Virus record (IMG/VR): IMGVR_UViG_3300025009_000050
Location: 1 to 64,000 of that record
Direction: 5' to 3' (one strand)
DNA: 64,000 nucleotides
Both the position numbers and the translations under genes were made by a program. Under the pieces are notes generated by a model, which ran no database searches, was not told the origin of the DNA, and saw only the letters and a list, made by a program, of their open reading frames with translations. Of the stretch, positions 37,026 to 48,103 are shown in pieces. The stretch's first letter is position 1. Every line of letters starts with the position of its first letter.

Positions 37026-40000
37026 ATGGCATTTGTACATCTTCATGTACACACCTGTTATAGTCTACTTGATGGACTAGGAAGACCCAAGAAACTTGCA
37101 AGAAGAGCTAGTGAAATGGGTCAAACTGCTATAGCCATCACTGATCATGGAGTGATGTATGGGACAATAGAGCATTACAAAGCCTGCCAAGAAATTGGCA
37201 TTAAACCAATTATCGGCTGTGAAATGTATGTTACTAAAGATCATACAGTCAAGGATAAAGCATTATTATCCGAACTCCCTTATGATAATTGTCACTTGGT
37301 ATTACTAGCTATGAACGACGAAGGACATGAAAACCTTCGTCGTTTGGTGTCTCTAAGTATGTTAAAGGGTTTTTACTATAAACCCAGAGTAGATTTTAAT
37401 CTACTACAACAATATAGTAGTGGAATTATAGCTCTATCTGGATGTCTTGCTGGCGAAGTGCCACAGTTACTATTACGTGGAGAGTATGAAGAAGCAAAGG
37501 AACTTGCATTTGGGTATAGAGATACATTCAATGGATACTTTCTTGAGATACAAGCAAATAACATACCTGAGCAAGCCATAGTAAATGAACTACTTAAACA
37601 GCTTAGTGAAGAAACTAAAATTCCATTAGTAGCCACCTGTGATACCCACTTCGTACTTCAAGAAGATGGTAAAATACATAAGAACTTTACTATACTAGGA
37701 AGTGCAAAGAGCAAAGGAGAAGATAGATGGGAGTCAATATACGCTCATGCATGGCTTAAATCAGAAGAAGAAATGCTATCAATGGGAATGCCTCAAGAGG
37801 CGTTAGACAACACACAAGCAATAGCTGAAATGTGTAATATAACAATTCCCATGGGTACTTTCCACATGCCTGAGTTTATTGTTCCAGAAGGCTATACATT
37901 AAACACTTATCTATCTAAACTTTGTCAAGATGGATTGTTTCAAAGGGCTATGGAAACAAATATAGATGTTACCGATATTTGCTTTTACTCTGAGAGACTT
38001 GAGTATGAATTAAGTGTAATTAATGGTAAGGATCTATCAGGTTATTTCTTAATTGTTCAGGATTTCGTTAATGAAGCTAAAAGTAGAGGTATTTATGTAG
38101 GTCCAGGTAGGGGAAGTGCTGCTGGCTCTTTAGTGTCTTATGTATTAAAAATAACTAATGTTGATCCATTAGCTCATGGCCTTCTGTTCGAAAGATTCAT
38201 TAATCCAGATCGCCCATCTATGCCAGATATTGATGTAGATATCATGGATGAACGTAGAGAAGAGATAATTCAGTACTTATCGGACAAGTATGGTACTAAT
38301 AACGTATGCCAAATCATTACTTTTGGCAGTATGTTAAGTAGAATGGTACTCAAAGATGCTGGTAGAATATTAGATATTGACTTTGATATAATCAATGCCT
38401 TAACTAAATCAATACCAGTCATTGAGGGTAAACCATATACTATTGATCAGGCTGTACATGAGATACATGAGATAGCCGAAGCAGAGATAGCATATCCAGA
38501 ACTATTTGAATTAGCAAGAGAACTTGAAGGATTACCAAGACAAGCCGGTACTCATGCTGCTGGAGTTGTAGTTACACCAGATGAATTAGTAAAATACTTT
38601 CCACTAGCTAGAGGTAAAGAAGGTGAAGCCCTAAGTCAATTCGATAAGAATACTATCGAAGATTTAGGTTGCCTGAAAATAGATCTTCTTGGACTCAAGA
38701 CATTAACTATTATGAAGATAGCTATTGACCTGATAAATGAGAGGTATGGCTATAGACTTGATCTTGATAATTTACCTCTGAGAGATAAGAAGACCTTAGA
38801 TTTAATATCTAGTGGGAAGACTGTTGGTGTGTTCCAGCTTGAGTCAGAAGGAATGCAACATATTTTCAAAGAGTTGAATAATGTAACCTTTGGAGCATTA
38901 GTAGCTGGAATAAGCCTCTACCGTCCTGGACCGTTAAAGCTGATTCCTACTTACATATCTGGTTATAACGGATATCGCAATGTAGAGTATCTAACACCTG
39001 AATTAGAACCTATTCTAGATGAGACCTATGGCGTTATTCTTTACCAAGAGCAAACCATGAAAATAGCTACTGATCTAGCTGGCTATACTCCAGGTCAATC
39101 CGATATGTTACGTAAATCAATCGGTAAGAAAAGTCCTGAGATTATGGCTAGAGAGTTAGACAAATTAGTTAATGGTAGCGCTGAAGAAGGTATACCAGGT
39201 ATGATTGCCAATGGCATACCACTAGCTATTGCGGAACAAATAGCTATCCTGATAGAAAGATTTGCTTCTTATGGGTTCAATAAAAGTCATGGTACTGGAT
39301 ATGCATTACTCGCCTATCAAACAGCTTATCTTAAAGCTCATTTCCCATTAGAGTTTATGTGTGCATTGCTTACTGTGGCATCTGATAACTCAGATAAAAC
39401 TAAAAAATATATTCATGAAGCTAAGAGAATGGGAATTAAGATATTGGTTCCAGATATCAATAAATCAGATATCAAATTTACAATTGATGGTGATGCTATA
39501 AGATTTGCACTATCAGCTGTTATGAATGTTGGACCTAATGTAGCTACCTATATTACAAAAACACAACCATTTGATAGTCTGGAAAATCTAGTAAGTAGTC
39601 TACCTAAACGTCAACTTAATAAAAAGACAATCACATCGCTAGCTTTATCCGGTGCCTTAGATCAGTTCGGAAATAACCGTATGGCCATACTTCAAGAGGC
39701 TTTAAGATATCGTGATGAAAAAATTGATATGACGGAAGAGGTAAGTAAGTTCGATGAAAGAGCAAAACTTGGATATGAAAACTCATTGCTAGGTTCATTT
39801 ATTTCTGGTCATCCATTACAGAGTGTGGCCAAACCAGTCAATTGGGATGTCATTGAGGAAAGAAAGCCATTCGATGTATTTGGAATGATAATGGAGATTA
39901 AACAAGTCAACACCAAGAAAGGCGATCCTATGGCGTTTGTAGAGATAGAAACGCTTGAAGGAAAGAAACTAATAACGATATTCACCAAGGTTTATGCTAC

Positions 40001-40115
40001 ATGCAGGGGAGAGATCGCTCCAGGCTTAATCGCAAAGATTAAGCTGGTAAAGGATAAGGCAGGTCTTGTAGTGAGAGAAATATATATCCCTAAGAGGGTC
40101 AACAAGATGGCATAG
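37026..40115 (+). CDS. dnaE: DNA polymerase III alpha subunit
   Basis: FVHLHVHT.YSLLDG (PHP), GRGSAAGS, MPDIDVD, HAAGVV, KIDLLGL, FNKSH, C-terminal OB fold; no intein. Confidence 0.97.
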   Translation: MAFVHLHVHTCYSLLDGLGRPKKLARRASEMGQTAIAITDHGVMYGTIEHYKACQEIGIKPIIGCEMYVTKDHTVKDKALLSELPYDNCHLVLLAMNDEGHENLRRLVSLSMLKGFYYKPRVDFNLLQQYSSGIIALSGCLAGEVPQLLLRGEYEEAKELAFGYRDTFNGYFLEIQANNIPEQAIVNELLKQLSEETKIPLVATCDTHFVLQEDGKIHKNFTILGSAKSKGEDRWESIYAHAWLKSEEEMLSMGMPQEALDNTQAIAEMCNITIPMGTFHMPEFIVPEGYTLNTYLSKLCQDGLFQRAMETNIDVTDICFYSERLEYELSVINGKDLSGYFLIVQDFVNEAKSRGIYVGPGRGSAAGSLVSYVLKITNVDPLAHGLLFERFINPDRPSMPDIDVDIMDERREEIIQYLSDKYGTNNVCQIITFGSMLSRMVLKDAGRILDIDFDIINALTKSIPVIEGKPYTIDQAVHEIHEIAEAEIAYPELFELARELEGLPRQAGTHAAGVVVTPDELVKYFPLARGKEGEALSQFDKNTIEDLGCLKIDLLGLKTLTIMKIAIDLINERYGYRLDLDNLPLRDKKTLDLISSGKTVGVFQLESEGMQHIFKELNNVTFGALVAGISLYRPGPLKLIPTYISGYNGYRNVEYLTPELEPILDETYGVILYQEQTMKIATDLAGYTPGQSDMLRKSIGKKSPEIMARELDKLVNGSAEEGIPGMIANGIPLAIAEQIAILIERFASYGFNKSHGTGYALLAYQTAYLKAHFPLEFMCALLTVASDNSDKTKKYIHEAKRMGIKILVPDINKSDIKFTIDGDAIRFALSAVMNVGPNVATYITKTQPFDSLENLVSSLPKRQLNKKTITSLALSGALDQFGNNRMAILQEALRYRDEKIDMTEEVSKFDERAKLGYENSLLGSFISGHPLQSVAKPVNWDVIEERKPFDVFGMIMEIKQVNTKKGDPMAFVEIETLEGKKLITIFTKVYATCRGEIAPGLIAKIKLVKDKAGLVVREIYIPKRVNKMA

Positions 40116-40130
40116 CCAAGGAGTGATACA

Positions 40131-42224
40131 GTGTATCCAAATAGTATAACTAAAAGGGATGGACGTAATCGGACATTCAACTCTAGTAAAATTCTAAATG
40201 GAATACTCTCAGCAATGCAAGATACTGAGAGTATCAACGAAGACTTAGCTCAATCCATGACAAATGAAATCATTGAAGAAGCTAAGTTGATTCCTGATAT
40301 TAAGGCAATTGATCTATATGATCTGACAGTGAAGAAGCTAATAGACAATAAGATGTATGATGTTGTTGCTTCTTATATCAACTTCCGCAATGAAAGAGAT
40401 GAAATAAGAGATGTCGAATCAGATTTGATGAAGACTATATCTAAGATCACTAAGGAAACAACACGTGACAATGCGAATATAGGTAATAGTCCTTCGTCAA
40501 AGATGCTTCAAATCGGTTCAGCAGCTAGTAAGAAGCACAACCTCTCTAAGATGCCTAAACACATAGCTAAAGCTCATGCATCAGGTGCTATCCATATACA
40601 TGACCTAGATTATCTGGAGAAAACAATCAACTGTCTCCAGATTGATTTAGGTGAAGTTCTTAAGAAGGGATTTGATGCTGGACGTGGTTACATTAGGCCA
40701 CCCAAAAGAATTGGGTCTGCTGCCGCATTAGCTGCTATCATATTACAGTGTAACCAGAATGACATGTACGGTGGTCAATCATTTGACCAGTTCGATACGT
40801 ACATGGCTCCGCATGTTCCTGAAGGTTATGCAAGTGTTGCAAGAATTAAGCCTCCTATGTATACGATGGGAAATTCTATGGAAGTTTACGAACATAGGCA
40901 AGCAAGACGTGAAGAAATAAGAAATGAAGTTTACCAGGCTATGGAAGGCTTTGTATATAACCTTAACAGCATGCATAGTAGGGCAGGGAATCAATGTCCC
41001 TTCAGTTCAATAAACTTTGGTTGTGATACGACGCCTGAAGGTAGGTTAGTGTCTGAAATGTTACTTAAGGCATTCAAAGCTGGACTAGGACGTGGTGAAA
41101 TCCCATTATTCCCAAATCTTATTTTCAGACTGAAGGAAGGCATTAACATGTCGCCTGGAGATCGTAATTATGATTTGTTCAAGTTAGCATGTGAAGTAGC
41201 TGCTAAGAGAATGAATCCTACATTCAGCTTCATGGATATGACCATAAATAAGCCTTATGGGATAATGCCAAGCTATATGGGATGTCGCTCAAGAGTTCAA
41301 GCTAACGTGAATGGTGAAGCAATAGCACACACACGCGGTAATATTGGCTTCGTAACTATGAATCTTCCTAGGCTAGCGATTGAGGCTAAAGGCAACTGGA
41401 AGAAGTTCTATAAACTTTTAGATAAATTAATCGCCCTATGCGAAGAACAACTACTCCATAGATATGAAGTGACTAGTAAGCTGAGAGTTAAAGATCTCCC
41501 ATTCCTGATGGGTCAACACCTATATATGGGTAGCGAGAACCTAAAGGATGAAGATACCATTGAAGAAGCCACAAAGCATGGGACATTAGCTATCGGATAT
41601 ATTGGTATAGCTGAAGTTTTACAGTTACTTAATGGTAAACATCATGGTGAAGATGAGCAATCACACGCTGATGCTTTAAATCTAGCAGAGTATATAGCGC
41701 TTAAGGTTAAGGAAATGACTCAGAGACACCATCTTAATTTTACTACTATAGCTACTCCAGCTGAAGGATTGTCGGGTAGGTTCATATCAATTGATAAAGA
41801 GAAATACGGAGATATACCTGGTGTGACAGATAAAGGATATTACGTAAACTCATATCACATACCACCTGATTATGGAATCAGTATGTTTAATAAGCTTAAG
41901 CTCGAAGGACCATTCCATAAATTTTGTGATGCAGGTCACATAAGTTATGTAGAGCTTGAGTCTGCTCCAACTCATAATCCTGAAGCCATAATGCAGTTAG
42001 TGCTGCATGCTGCCAGTTGCGACATGGGCTACATGGGAATCAACTTTCCAATTGATCATTGTGGTACCTGTGGATACGATGATGTAATTGATGAGAGAGA
42101 ATGCCCGAAGTGTGGCAGTTCTGATATTAAACGTATTAGGCGCGTAACTGGATACCTCAGTTCTGTAGATAAGTTCGGAGACGGGAAAACAGCCGAATTA
42201 AAGGCAAGAATAATTCATAATTAA
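40131..42224 (+). CDS. nrdD: Anaerobic ribonucleoside-triphosphate reductase with ATP cone
   Basis: ITKRDGR ATP cone, IHIHDLD, QNDMYGGQS, YMGCR, TPAEG, CxxC...CxxC, RRVTGY glycyl-radical motif. Confidence 0.96.
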   Translation: MYPNSITKRDGRNRTFNSSKILNGILSAMQDTESINEDLAQSMTNEIIEEAKLIPDIKAIDLYDLTVKKLIDNKMYDVVASYINFRNERDEIRDVESDLMKTISKITKETTRDNANIGNSPSSKMLQIGSAASKKHNLSKMPKHIAKAHASGAIHIHDLDYLEKTINCLQIDLGEVLKKGFDAGRGYIRPPKRIGSAAALAAIILQCNQNDMYGGQSFDQFDTYMAPHVPEGYASVARIKPPMYTMGNSMEVYEHRQARREEIRNEVYQAMEGFVYNLNSMHSRAGNQCPFSSINFGCDTTPEGRLVSEMLLKAFKAGLGRGEIPLFPNLIFRLKEGINMSPGDRNYDLFKLACEVAAKRMNPTFSFMDMTINKPYGIMPSYMGCRSRVQANVNGEAIAHTRGNIGFVTMNLPRLAIEAKGNWKKFYKLLDKLIALCEEQLLHRYEVTSKLRVKDLPFLMGQHLYMGSENLKDEDTIEEATKHGTLAIGYIGIAEVLQLLNGKHHGEDEQSHADALNLAEYIALKVKEMTQRHHLNFTTIATPAEGLSGRFISIDKEKYGDIPGVTDKGYYVNSYHIPPDYGISMFNKLKLEGPFHKFCDAGHISYVELESAPTHNPEAIMQLVLHAASCDMGYMGINFPIDHCGTCGYDDVIDERECPKCGSSDIKRIRRVTGYLSSVDKFGDGKTAELKARIIHN

Positions 42225-42366
42225 CAACTCTAGGGTGGATGACCACCCTGTACATATTAAACTATAGAGAAAGAAGTACGTAATGATGGATTGCAAATTG
42301 AGATTGAGGATAAATATGACATTGTAGGTATTACACAGATCCTTGAGTTTATTAATTCAAAGCTAG

Positions 42367-44256
42367 GTGGTGAATAATGTAGAAGACATATTATTCAAGG
42401 TGGTGTGCATTGCACCACCATTACATGACTATAAACTGACTGTGGACAAAATCTATGATGCGAAGTGTGTATATCAGAGTGGGTCTTATAATTCATATGT
42501 GTTAAATGATGCTGGAAAATATGAATTATTTAACATCTCACATAGCGATCTGGCACTTGGATCGCAGAATTACAGGACTATGCTACTCCTTCTTAGTCAA
42601 GAAAATTGTCCTAATAGGCCGATGATATGTGATAAAATGGAGGGTATCTATGACTACTGAAGAACAAAATAGGATTATGAGAGAGGCTCTGGAAAAACTT
42701 GAAGCTTATGCTGTCGAAAGAGCTATGTGTTCTGTATATCTTGACATTATAGCAGAGAATATAAGACATGTGTTAGCGAGCTTGGAGTGAATAGACATGG
42801 ACTACTGTAATAATAGGTGCTGTTTAAAATTAAGAACTTGTAAAAACCACATTGTTAATGCAAAACCTAATGGAACTTATAATGTGAGAGATTACAATAA
42901 TAGCACAGACACTTGTGATCTATATGAATCTATAACTTGTAGCAAATGTAGAAAAAATCAAAACATATACGCTAGAGGTTTGTGTAAAAGCTGTTATTAT
43001 AGAGAACATCCTTATCCAAAGAAAGATAAGCATACTGAACCAAAGGAAAGAGTTAAAAGAGAAATAAGTCCAGAAAATATAGCACGAAAAGCTTTAATAA
43101 ACAGCCTAAGGCAAGAAGGCAAAACATTCGAAGAAATAGGGATACTCTTAGGCTTGTCAAAGCAAAGAGTATCTATGATTCATAACAAAGACTAACTTGT
43201 ATTACTTGAAGATTGAGGTGAGATGATGACACCGGATGAATTATTAAATAAGCTTAAGGACGAGAAGCTCTGTCCAAGTAAACTTGGATTACATGATTAC
43301 GGTATGCCAGAATGTGCAAATGCCGATGAAGATAATTATCTATTTTATAGCTGTGACTATTGTAGAGAATTAGCTACATCTGACCTAAGGAGATGAAATG
43401 ATTAAAGAAGGAGACATACTGGTTGCTATTAAAGACGACAACTACGAAGGATTTAGGTTTCAAAGAGACAAATGTTATGCTGTATCCGTAGCTTATCAAT
43501 GCAGTCATCATAATAATCCTGAAGGATGTATACATCCTCATGCCTGGGAAAAATGTAGTAAACATCAGGTTAGTTTGGAAGGCATGAAGATAGCCGGAAT
43601 GTGTTCATATAGATTCATTAAGATTAGTGAGGGTCGATGATGAAATTTTTATGCATAAAAGAATATGGATATCTGGACACAAATGTTCTTACGATGGATA
43701 GAATATATGATGCTATCCTTGCTGATAACATGAACGATTCTTATTATGTCGTATGTGATGATGGTTATCCCATAATTGTATCAGTAAATAAGGGATACAT
43801 CTTTGACTCTTACTTCATAGCTGTAGATATATAAATGATATTTCTGTTGAGGTAAGCCAAGAGCAATGTTATTTAGGAGGCTACACAATGATAATGAAAC
43901 ATTATTGTAGACAACATGATCACTTTAAAACAGATCAACTAGTAATGGTATGTTTCTGGCTATATAACATAGCTAAATGGAGACTTGCTGTTGTCAAGCA
44001 TATAGGTAACGCGGATAGTGAAACATGTGTGGTAGCTAGGTATCTTGAAGAATGTAGAGAAGCTGACGTGTTTGTCAATTATAACTCACAATACATATTG
44101 AACCTTGATGAATACGAGCATATGAATAAGTTAGATGCCAAACTCTATCACTATAAGACTTGGCATGGAAGTAATCCAAGTTGTGTGTTAGATGTTGTAG
44201 CAGCAGAATTTGGTACGATAATATTTAAAGATAATACTTATATTGAGGTGAACTAA
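42367..44256 (+). other. Run of small hypothetical ORFs (42367-42660, 42797-43195, 43398-43640, 43637-43834, 43888-44256)
   Basis: 42797 is Cys-rich with a C-terminal HTH (TFEEIGILLGLSKQRVS); others carry the DKIY motif. Confidence 0.55.
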
Positions 44257-44718
44257 GTGATACCAAAGAGAAAGATTGAAATAATAGAGTTTTGGAAGAC
44301 TAGTGAACCTTATGGGTTCCTAAGTAACTTCTGGTATGCTACAATAATGATTAGTGGGAAAATATACTTAACCACTGAACATTACTTTCAGTCACAAAAG
44401 TTCGTAGGAACTGAACACGAGTATGTAATAATTAATCAACTAACTGCTTACGAAGCAGCCAAAGAAGGACGTAAGAAACACCGCCCATTACGTGCTGACT
44501 GGAACCTGATTAAGGAAGAAATTATGCTTACAGCCTTGCGTGCTAAGTTTACTCAGCATAAACATTTAAGAGATATGTTACTAGCCACAGGAGATGCCTA
44601 TCTGGTTGAATCAAGCCCAGTGGACTCGTACTGGGGTACAGGTCCAGATGGTACTGGTAAGAATAAACTTGGAATATTACTAATGCAAGTTAGGGAGGAA
44701 TTAAGGTATGTTAATTAA
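44257..44718 (+). CDS. NADAR (YbiA-like) family protein
   Basis: GFLSNF, TTEHYFQSQKF, M..ALRAKF.QH..L...LLATG...LVE.SP.D.YWG.G...G.N.LG.LLMQVR. Confidence 0.92.
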   Translation: MIPKRKIEIIEFWKTSEPYGFLSNFWYATIMISGKIYLTTEHYFQSQKFVGTEHEYVIINQLTAYEAAKEGRKKHRPLRADWNLIKEEIMLTALRAKFTQHKHLRDMLLATGDAYLVESSPVDSYWGTGPDGTGKNKLGILLMQVREELRYVN

Positions 44719-45034
44719 TATTACTGATTCTGATTTAGCGTTATCTAACGATGAACTAGTCAGAATGATAAGAAAAAAACAGGAAGAAAAATTAGTTGAT
44801 GAAACTTATGCAAAATCAATTAATGACTTAAAAAGAAATATCAGAGACTCTATGATGATTGTAGATCAAAAGATAAGAGATAAATATTCCTCTAAGCCTA
44901 GTTCTACTAGATATGATTATATATCGGAGCTTGTTGATCAACTAATGGAAGTATTGCCAAGTATAAAACAAGAACATATAGTACTTACAGCAACCATAAG
45001 TGATTATATGGCTCTTACAGGTAAGAGGATATAA
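44708..45034 (+). CDS. Hypothetical protein
   Basis: 108-aa coupled ORF. Confidence 0.5.
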   Translation: MLINITDSDLALSNDELVRMIRKKQEEKLVDETYAKSINDLKRNIRDSMMIVDQKIRDKYSSKPSSTRYDYISELVDQLMEVLPSIKQEHIVLTATISDYMALTGKRI

Positions 45035-45239
45035 TTGTTCAATTTCTTAATCTTAATGATGATGCTAAACAAGCTTTGTCATCAAACCTAAAAATGTACA
45101 ATATGGAAGATTAAACGAAATTCTTCCTGAACATATATTACAGAAAATAGACGAAAAAGCTGAGAGGAAGAGATTATGTTATAAAGTACGATAAATATTG
45201 TGTACCAATTCTTAAATCTAAGTACGGAGAAGTGATCAA

Positions 45240-45488
45240 ATGGCTAGACTAGTAATACGCGGAAACACGTATCTGTTCTATTGTCCAGGATGTGGAAAAC
45301 TACACTGTGTGGATAATACATGGGATTTTAATGGTAATGTTAATTATCCTACATTGAATCCATCAGTGCTTTACTTAGAACATCCAAGATGCCATAGTTT
45401 TATAACAAATGGCGTTATTGAATATATGACAGATTGTGATCATTGGCTATCAGGAAGGAAAGCTATGCTTCCTGAAATTGATCTTTGA
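45240..45488 (+). CDS. Small Cys/His zinc-binding protein (DUF6527-like)
   Basis: FYCPGCG..H...WDFNG...PTL.PS...CHSFI..G.I...DC.H. Confidence 0.65.
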   Translation: MARLVIRGNTYLFYCPGCGKLHCVDNTWDFNGNVNYPTLNPSVLYLEHPRCHSFITNGVIEYMTDCDHWLSGRKAMLPEIDL

Positions 45489-45497
45489 GGTGGTAAT

Positions 45498-45887
45498 ATG
45501 AATTTAACAGCTTATAATCAACTAAATGAAACACTTAATAAGCTATCTGATACTCTTACAGGAACTAGAAATAGCACAAGAGGTAGAAATGAGCCTTTAC
45601 CAACTAACACTAGGACATTAGGACAAACATTAGCAGATCAACAAGCTGATAGACCAATTGCTAATCCTCGTAGGAGACATGAACCAGTTAATGTCTATGA
45701 TGTTATCATGAATAATCGGCGTAATAAGATAAATGAGATTAAAGCTAGTGGAGAATCGCATCTTGATCTTCCTAATGGTGATTTCGTTGTGATTTACTTT
45801 GTCCCTAATGCTGATAGACTAGCTATCGTATATGACAATGCAGGAAGTACTAAATGTGTATCACTGCACCATAACAATGGATATTAG
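45498..45887 (+). CDS. Hypothetical protein
   Basis: 129-aa ORF with GAGGTGG SD. Confidence 0.5.
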   Translation: MNLTAYNQLNETLNKLSDTLTGTRNSTRGRNEPLPTNTRTLGQTLADQQADRPIANPRRRHEPVNVYDVIMNNRRNKINEIKASGESHLDLPNGDFVVIYFVPNADRLAIVYDNAGSTKCVSLHHNNGY

Positions 45888-46446
45888 GATAGCTGGTATA
45901 ACCAATGAATCAGTAGTGGATGGTCCAGGAATAAGGATTACAATCTTCACTCAAGGATGTCCACATCATTGCCCAGGATGTCATAATCCAGATACTTGGG
46001 ACCCTAATGGTGGAAGACTCATGAAAGTTAATGAAGTTAAGAGAATGATTAACAGAGCACACTTGACATCAAGAAGTATCTCTGGAATTACACTATCAGG
46101 TGGTGAGCCATTATTACAAGCTGAACCATTAATAGAGATAGTGAGGTGGTATAAGAGGTTCTACCCAGGCACAGTAATTTTATATACTGGTTATGTACTG
46201 GAAGATATATTACGGAATGTACAGCCATCCTCTCCAATACTTACTCTAGTAAATGAGGTGTCATTACTAATTGATGGACCATATCAATTACATAATAGAT
46301 ATCCTATCACACCATGGAAAGGAAGTAATAACCAGAGGATAATAAACATACAGGATTCCGTGTTAACTAAATATGGAAGATTGATAACCGTGGAGTACAG
46401 TAGTTCCAACAATTCATATACTGAGGCAAAACCCTTAATATACTGA
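45877..46446 (+). CDS. nrdG: Anaerobic RNR activating enzyme (radical SAM)
   Basis: SVVDGPGIR.TIFTQGCPHHCPGCHNP.TW, GITLSGGEP, LIDG.Y, GS.NQRII. Confidence 0.95.
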   Translation: MDIRIAGITNESVVDGPGIRITIFTQGCPHHCPGCHNPDTWDPNGGRLMKVNEVKRMINRAHLTSRSISGITLSGGEPLLQAEPLIEIVRWYKRFYPGTVILYTGYVLEDILRNVQPSSPILTLVNEVSLLIDGPYQLHNRYPITPWKGSNNQRIINIQDSVLTKYGRLITVEYSSSNNSYTEAKPLIY

Positions 46447-46538
46447 AAAATACCAAATTTTTTTATAGGGCCTAAGGGTCGTCAATATGTTTTCTGGTTT
46501 TTCTCGGTGAATACTAAATCTATTTTTGGAGTGATGTT

Positions 46539-47344
46539 ATGATTGTAATGAAAGAAGGAGAATTTATTAATGTACTAAACATTAATCAATACTTCTACGC
46601 TGTTCCAGTAAAAGCTATGGGCGTAGAAGAACTTAGGAACAAAATAACTAACATGAGATCTACATCGATTGCGTATGAAAACGTTAAAATTACAGGCTAT
46701 CTAGAACAAGGCGCAGCATCCTTATATAGAAACCATGAAGAATATCCGGTTGAAGATATATTACAAATGACTTCTGGATCGATAGCAAGAATGTCTGACA
46801 AACTCTATCGTCAGCTTGGAATCTTGCCTGGATATCCACCTATGCCATTTTAAGAAAGGAATGATTCTATGATAATTGGAGACAGAATTAAAGTAGTGAG
46901 GATAGATGGATATACTTACGCAGTTCCATTAGGAACTGATATAGGTAAGATAGACGGTAAAGGGAAACTAGTCACAACACTATATCCACATGCTACTATA
47001 ATAGCTATTGACAATAGGAATAAGAATGCTTTTCACTATAATGAAAACTATCCTATTGATCATATAGTAGATATAGAACAAGACTTTGTCGTTAGAATAT
47101 CTAAGAAACTACTTAGATCTTTGATGCAGGGAGTTGTTGTATGATATACATTGTTATAGCTATTCTTTCCCTCATTCTTATCCATGTAATGTGGTATATG
47201 AAAGAGGATAAACCTGAAGACATGAGAGAATATTCGTTTGCATTATCTACGGCTATGATATTAGCATCATTAGCATGGCCATTAGTGATCATAGCGGTAA
47301 TGACACATGAGATCGTAATGTTAGTTAAGAAAGCTAGAAGCTAA
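46539..47344 (+). other. Two paralogs of the 33544/34008 family (46539-46853, 46869-47144) and a two-TM protein (47141-47344)
   Basis: Y.YAVP...YP.....R.S.KL.R.L in both paralogs. Confidence 0.6.
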
Positions 47345-47373
47345 CTTTCCTGCGCCTGGCAGGTGAAATACAA

Positions 47374-47402
47374 TTGAAATATTACTACTTTTGTAGTATA
47401 AT
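47374..47402 (+). promoter_or_regulatory. SigmaA-type promoter of the ssb-recA region, with an inverted repeat in the spacer
   Basis: TTGAAA-17 nt-TATAAT; TACTAC-TTTT-GTAGTA overlaps the spacer and -10. Confidence 0.7.
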
Positions 47403-47435
47403 ATGCTATATAGCGTCGAGGAGGAAAAATTTAAT

Positions 47436-47798
47436 ATGTTTGCTAGATTTGAAGCGATTGGAAGACTGGTTAAGGACCCTAGTGAGGGCCTAAGACGTGT
47501 AACGATCAACGGTGAGGAAGTTTCAGTATGTACATTCACAATTGCATGTGATGGTGAATTCAAGGATGCACCTTCAGACTTTTATGATTGTGTAGCTTGG
47601 CGTAAGACAGCAGATAATCTCTGCAACTTTATGGACAAAGGTAAATTGATCTTTATAGCTGGTCGTCCTCATACAAAGACTTGGGAACAAGACGGTGTGA
47701 AGAAGTACAGAACAGAATATAAGATTGATAATATCAAGTTCCTTGAACGTGGCAAGGGTGCTGGTGCAGTTGCCAACTCTGATGACACACCGTTTTAG
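47436..47798 (+). CDS. ssb: Single-stranded DNA-binding protein
   Basis: GRLVKDP, FTIACD, DFYDCVAW..TA...KG.LI...GR, acidic DDTPF tail. Confidence 0.93.
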   Translation: MFARFEAIGRLVKDPSEGLRRVTINGEEVSVCTFTIACDGEFKDAPSDFYDCVAWRKTADNLCNFMDKGKLIFIAGRPHTKTWEQDGVKKYRTEYKIDNIKFLERGKGAGAVANSDDTPF

Positions 47799-47811
47799 AA
47801 GGTGAGATAAG

Positions 47812-48102
47812 ATGACTCCTAGTCATGAGACACTGATAAATGGACTTCATCAATATTCAATGCATTTGTATAACCTATATATCAAAGGTGGCTTTAGTGA
47901 AACCCAGGCTAAAGCTAAAGTAGCTAAGATACTATGGGAAGAATATATGCAGTTCAATCCTGAAGCTACAACAGTATGTAAAGCAGATGATAAGACTACT
48001 CTCTCACTCTTGAAAGAAAAGTTAGAGAGAGTAGTAGACGAGTCAGAACGCTTTAGGATTATGAATAGGATCGAAGAACTACAAACACTTGCAAAGAGCT
48101 AA
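47812..48102 (+). CDS. Hypothetical protein
   Basis: 96-aa ORF between ssb and recA. Confidence 0.55.
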   Translation: MTPSHETLINGLHQYSMHLYNLYIKGGFSETQAKAKVAKILWEEYMQFNPEATTVCKADDKTTLSLLKEKLERVVDESERFRIMNRIEELQTLAKS

Positions 48103-48103
48103 A

